A stretch of DNA of 64,000 bases, taken from Paraspadella gotoi. Taxonomy: Eukaryota > Animalia > Chaetognatha. Where the stretch lies: NCBI GenBank assembly GCA_051294375.1, contig CM119271.1, positions 1,358,721 through 1,422,720 on the forward strand, written 5' to 3'. Below, in pieces: positions 60,389 through 64,000 of the stretch (within the stretch, counting starts at the first letter, position 1; the number at the start of each line of letters is the position of its first letter). Made by a program: the position numbers and the translations under genes. The notes beneath the pieces are model-generated. The model saw only the letters and a list, made by a program, of their open reading frames with translations. It was not told the DNA's origin and searched no databases.

Positions 60389-61410
60389 AAGAAACATGGG
60401 AGAAGGGGTTTGATTGAAGGAGGATGTGGGAAGGGGAAAACCAAGAAAGCGGCGTTCATTTAGTCCAAGAAATCTCCCATCTTTCTCTCATTATTATCTC
60501 TCTGTCCCCCCCACTCTCCCCCCCATTTTTTCACGCCATTTCTGAGAAAAGCGCCAATAATAACTGTTTACGAAAACGATTCGTATATGAATTCGGAATG
60601 AGGCTCCTTAAATCTTTGGATGAGGAGGCTTGTTTTATGAGTACTTTGCTCACGTATTTTTTTTTCAAGTTATAGTCGAATTCGTATTTAAATAATACTA
60701 TTATTTCTTCTTTATCATTTTTATATCGATTTTAGTGGGAATATTGCTTAACGAGTAGCTTTGTTTTTAAGTTATAATCGATACTACAGGGATTTCAATC
60801 CGGAGCGATACGAAAAGACTTGACGTTTATGTAGACATAAAAAATGTTCTAATTTCCTAATAATATAATCACAGTGGCTCTCAAGCGAGGAGTCACTTTT
60901 TTTTTTAAATTTTAATAGTTCTTGACAATTTTAAAATTTTTAACACTGATTGTAAAGTTATCTGAAATAGAAATAAACATTTTTGGTAATAAAAAGTCAG
61001 TTCGGTGATTTGTTATTATGAAAAAAAATTTTCATGTTAAACCAAACTTATTTATAATAGTAATTATTATTTATGAATGTCGTCTTTCATATTTTTTTTC
61101 TCCAAAAGCTGAAATTTTTATTTTTTTTAATAGATTTTAAAGGGAAAACGCGATGATTATTATCAAGTTATTCATATTATTAAAAAAAATTCTGGTTCGT
61201 GATACATATTACTACAGTATTTTATTATTAATAAAAAAAATGAAGCATGAAAAAAAATTATTTTTTTTTAATGGTAACTGAAGGATTAATTGTAACATCC
61301 ACTTTCAAAGTAAAAATTCTGCATCTTCAGAAATTTACCCTCAGAGGAAAATGTTTATAATGAAGAGACAGTAATTATTGTTATGTATTAGTGACAGAAC
61401 CGTTCAATAT

Positions 61411-61582
61411 AAGCAGTCCCTGAGCTACGGATCAGGCTGTAACACTATGTTACAGGCGGGTTAAGCGCCCCGTCCCTCTTAACTGCTAGGCGATCTCCAG
61501 GCTAGAACCCCGGACCTTTTGGTTGGAAGGCGAATGAATTGCCTCCGGCACCAATGGCCACTGATGAACGGTTGATGGATTT
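61411..61582 (-). mobile_element. tRNA(Gly)-like SINE family, copy 2
   Basis: Homologous to 23859-24051. Minus-strand head TGGTGCCGGAGG...CGCCTTCCAA...GGTTCTAGCC resembles tRNA-Gly(TCC). Perfect CTGTAACA-cta-TGTTACAG hairpin. Confidence 0.65.
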
Positions 61583-63292
61583 TGGTCTACCATAATAACA
61601 TACATACGTGCATAGCAACTATACTAGCTGGAAGGTTACAAATTTGTAGAAAAAAAGTCAAGTATTTTTCTATTTTTATGAAAAAAATTTATGACCTGAT
61701 TGCTCTTCGTTTCAATTATGTTATGTTTTTTCTTATAACCCCAGTTGAAGTCCCTGTAAGTAAACAGGGTCCGCGCGCTCTTTTGGGAAAAAAATTGGGA
61801 CTTAATTCTGTTAAAACCGTTGTTATGTAGATAAAAACCGATAACATTTTTGAAAACCTTGTGGTCTTGGCTTTCAGTCAATGCCCAAAATGTTTACAAA
61901 TTTTGAAAGGATAATGGCCTAATTAACACTTTTAAATGACATATCGTTTTTTTCTGCGAGCGATGAGATGATTTTCACGACTTTGTCAAATTTTACACCC
62001 ATGTAAGTTGGTTAAAAATAGTGATAAATTAAAATAAAAAAATTAAAAAACTGGAATCTTCTTGATCTTGGCTTTCAGTAAATACCTAATATGTTATGAA
62101 ATTGAAAGATGGAAGAGATAACCCTTTTTTCACCACGAGTCGTTTTTTAAGGGTTTTTAAAAGGTAGGTTAAAAAAATTTAAGAAATTGTTATTGTGAAC
62201 TGTATTTTTGAGTACCCCAAGAACATAAAAATTAGAATAATATTTAGAATAATACTTAAAATAATACTTAAAAGTATTTTGTGCCAGAATTGGTTTAATA
62301 AGACATTTACCAATATTGAAACAACTGGCTTGTTAATGCAGTAGCAATTGGGTCAGTTTATGGGTGCGCAGTTGCAAAAAACTGTCCTTTCCTTTGGAGT
62401 CATTTATTCAGACTGGTATTATTAGGATTATGATAATGATTATGAAAATGAATTTTTCAAAATATTCCTAAAAGAGCGCGGGGACCAGGTATTTAGTTTA
62501 CTTCATATGTAGCGATTAGACAGATCGATCAAAAACTCTCCTCCGCATGCTTTTCGGGTTTTTGCACGTTGAATCCATTGTTTTCCTTAACGGTTAACCC
62601 GAATTAATAAAGTTATATCGATTTTACCCCCCAAAAAGTCGTTATTCGATAGGGAGATCGAAACTGTAGTTTTTTGAATGATGCATTTCATAACGGCATA
62701 TTTCATTTTAATGAGTACCAAGTACTTAATTTATATATTAGTAATTTGTTTTACTTGCTCAATAGCAAGTATGTTTTTTAACTAGGAATTTAATAATGAC
62801 TCTAGTAGGTACCAGTAACGATTGATTTAAAAAGATATTTAAACAAAATACGAAAATTTCAGAGAGTGAGGGGAAGATTTTGTTCTTTTTTATATGTAGG
62901 TAATTTTTTTCAAAAATGAATTTTATAATTGATTTATTAAAAATTTTATGACTCATGCCTTCATAAAAATATTTTATAACGTCGTATTTTTACCCAATTG
63001 CCAAAGAAAGTTACCCACTTTTCGCGCTTTTTGTGGAAAAGAATTACACCTAATCATTTATTAGTAGATGTTTTTAGATAGTTTTTTTTACCACGGAATT
63101 TACTCGTTTTTTGTTTCCTGGTTAAACTCCGCCTAAATAGATTTTCAGACTTGAAATAGAATTTTTTCGTCGATCAATATAGGAGGGCCGAGTCTAGAGG
63201 CTATAATATTCTGCACGTATTTTTATTTCCCATTTTTTTCTCGACATTTTGGAATGCTACGCCCGAGTTTTTGGGGTAGCGAAGAATAAAAA

Positions 63293-63927
63293 AACAAGTT
63301 TGAGCAAACAATGTCGGATCTGCCTACGATAATTAGGTGGTAATCTGCTAATCAGATAATCACGATAATTCTTTTAATTTGTGATCTTAACTGATCATAA
63401 CAGATTGTACCATACCAAACCAGTAGCTGCGCCAATACTGAACTGTTACTATGGTACAAATAATTTATTTGACTAGTATTTTTTTTTTAACTTGAATCAT
63501 TTTTTCAACTCGCATCATTTTTTCATCTTGCAGCATTTTTTCATCTTGAATCATTTTTTTAACTTGTAACACTTGTTAACTTGCATCATTGTTTAAATTT
63601 GCATCATATTTTAAATTGGCTTCATTTTTTCAAATTGAATCATTTTTCACTCATTTAAACTCATTTCCACTCGCAGGATTCCATCGAAACTTTATATCCA
63701 GCTCAATCACACTTTTCTAACCACACACAAAATTTCATTCCAATCCAACCATACAATCACGACTAATTGGTGTTTTTTGCTAAGGGGGACGGACGGACAT
63801 CATTTTTTTGGTTTTTTTGCATAATTATCATAATTCGATGTTCTGAGATGATTTAAGGGGGGGACCGACGGACCGACAAAGTGGATTATAAAGTCGGGAT
63901 CTGCTGATAAGCAGATCCGACTAAAAA
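63293..63927. mobile_element. Helentron-associated non-autonomous element (HINE / DINE-1-like)
   Basis: AACAAG end. Sub-terminal inverted repeat GTCGGATCTGC (63313-63323) / GCAGATCCGAC (63911-63921). Terminal hairpin 63892-63922 followed by TAAAAA. GGAC microsatellite and an internal ~19-bp tandem array (63480-63660). Confidence 0.7.
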
Positions 63928-64000
63928 TGTATCCAACTGGAAAAAGAGACGAATGAAATCTAGTCGATAATGTTAATGGTTGAGTACAAACACATATTTT

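Noticed and set aside
60872-60885. CAGTGGCTCTCAA resembling a hAT terminal inverted repeat
   Set aside because: No matching inverted partner or 8-bp TSD found by eye.

Overview
Eukaryotic (animal, most likely invertebrate) nuclear DNA from a compact, gene-dense genome with GC/CpG-rich exons and short AT-rich GT-AG introns. I can build 17 consecutive protein-coding genes, and all lie on the + strand: MDC1-like, TMEM69, SLC39A13, a CCCH zinc-finger gene, AMN1, EDEM1, RABIF, KLHDC4, a small stand-alone DUF4110-like gene, DUSP3-like, APC, DNMBP, an AT-hook/C2H2 gene, ACSS3, DNMT3-like, CREBL2 and SPSB. Stop-to-start gaps are as small as about 60 bp, and many start codons have a splice-acceptor-like site just upstream, which suggests operons with SL trans-splicing. 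Main observations: (1) an intact 7-exon DNMT3-family gene with its catalytic residues replaced (PC>PV, ENV>YNV, RxR>RPD) and no visible PWWP/ADD, a candidate convergent DNMT3L-like pseudo-enzyme; (2) a Penelope-like retroelement in the APC intron with three minimal hammerhead ribozymes, a ~1.1 kb fold-back palindrome and a target-site duplication; (3) an MDC1 with about 20 TQxY/F motifs; (4) tRNA-derived SINEs, a TTAGGG-bearing MITE and a Helentron-type HINE. Gene identities come from recalled family motifs and exon boundaries were read by eye; no database search was run.
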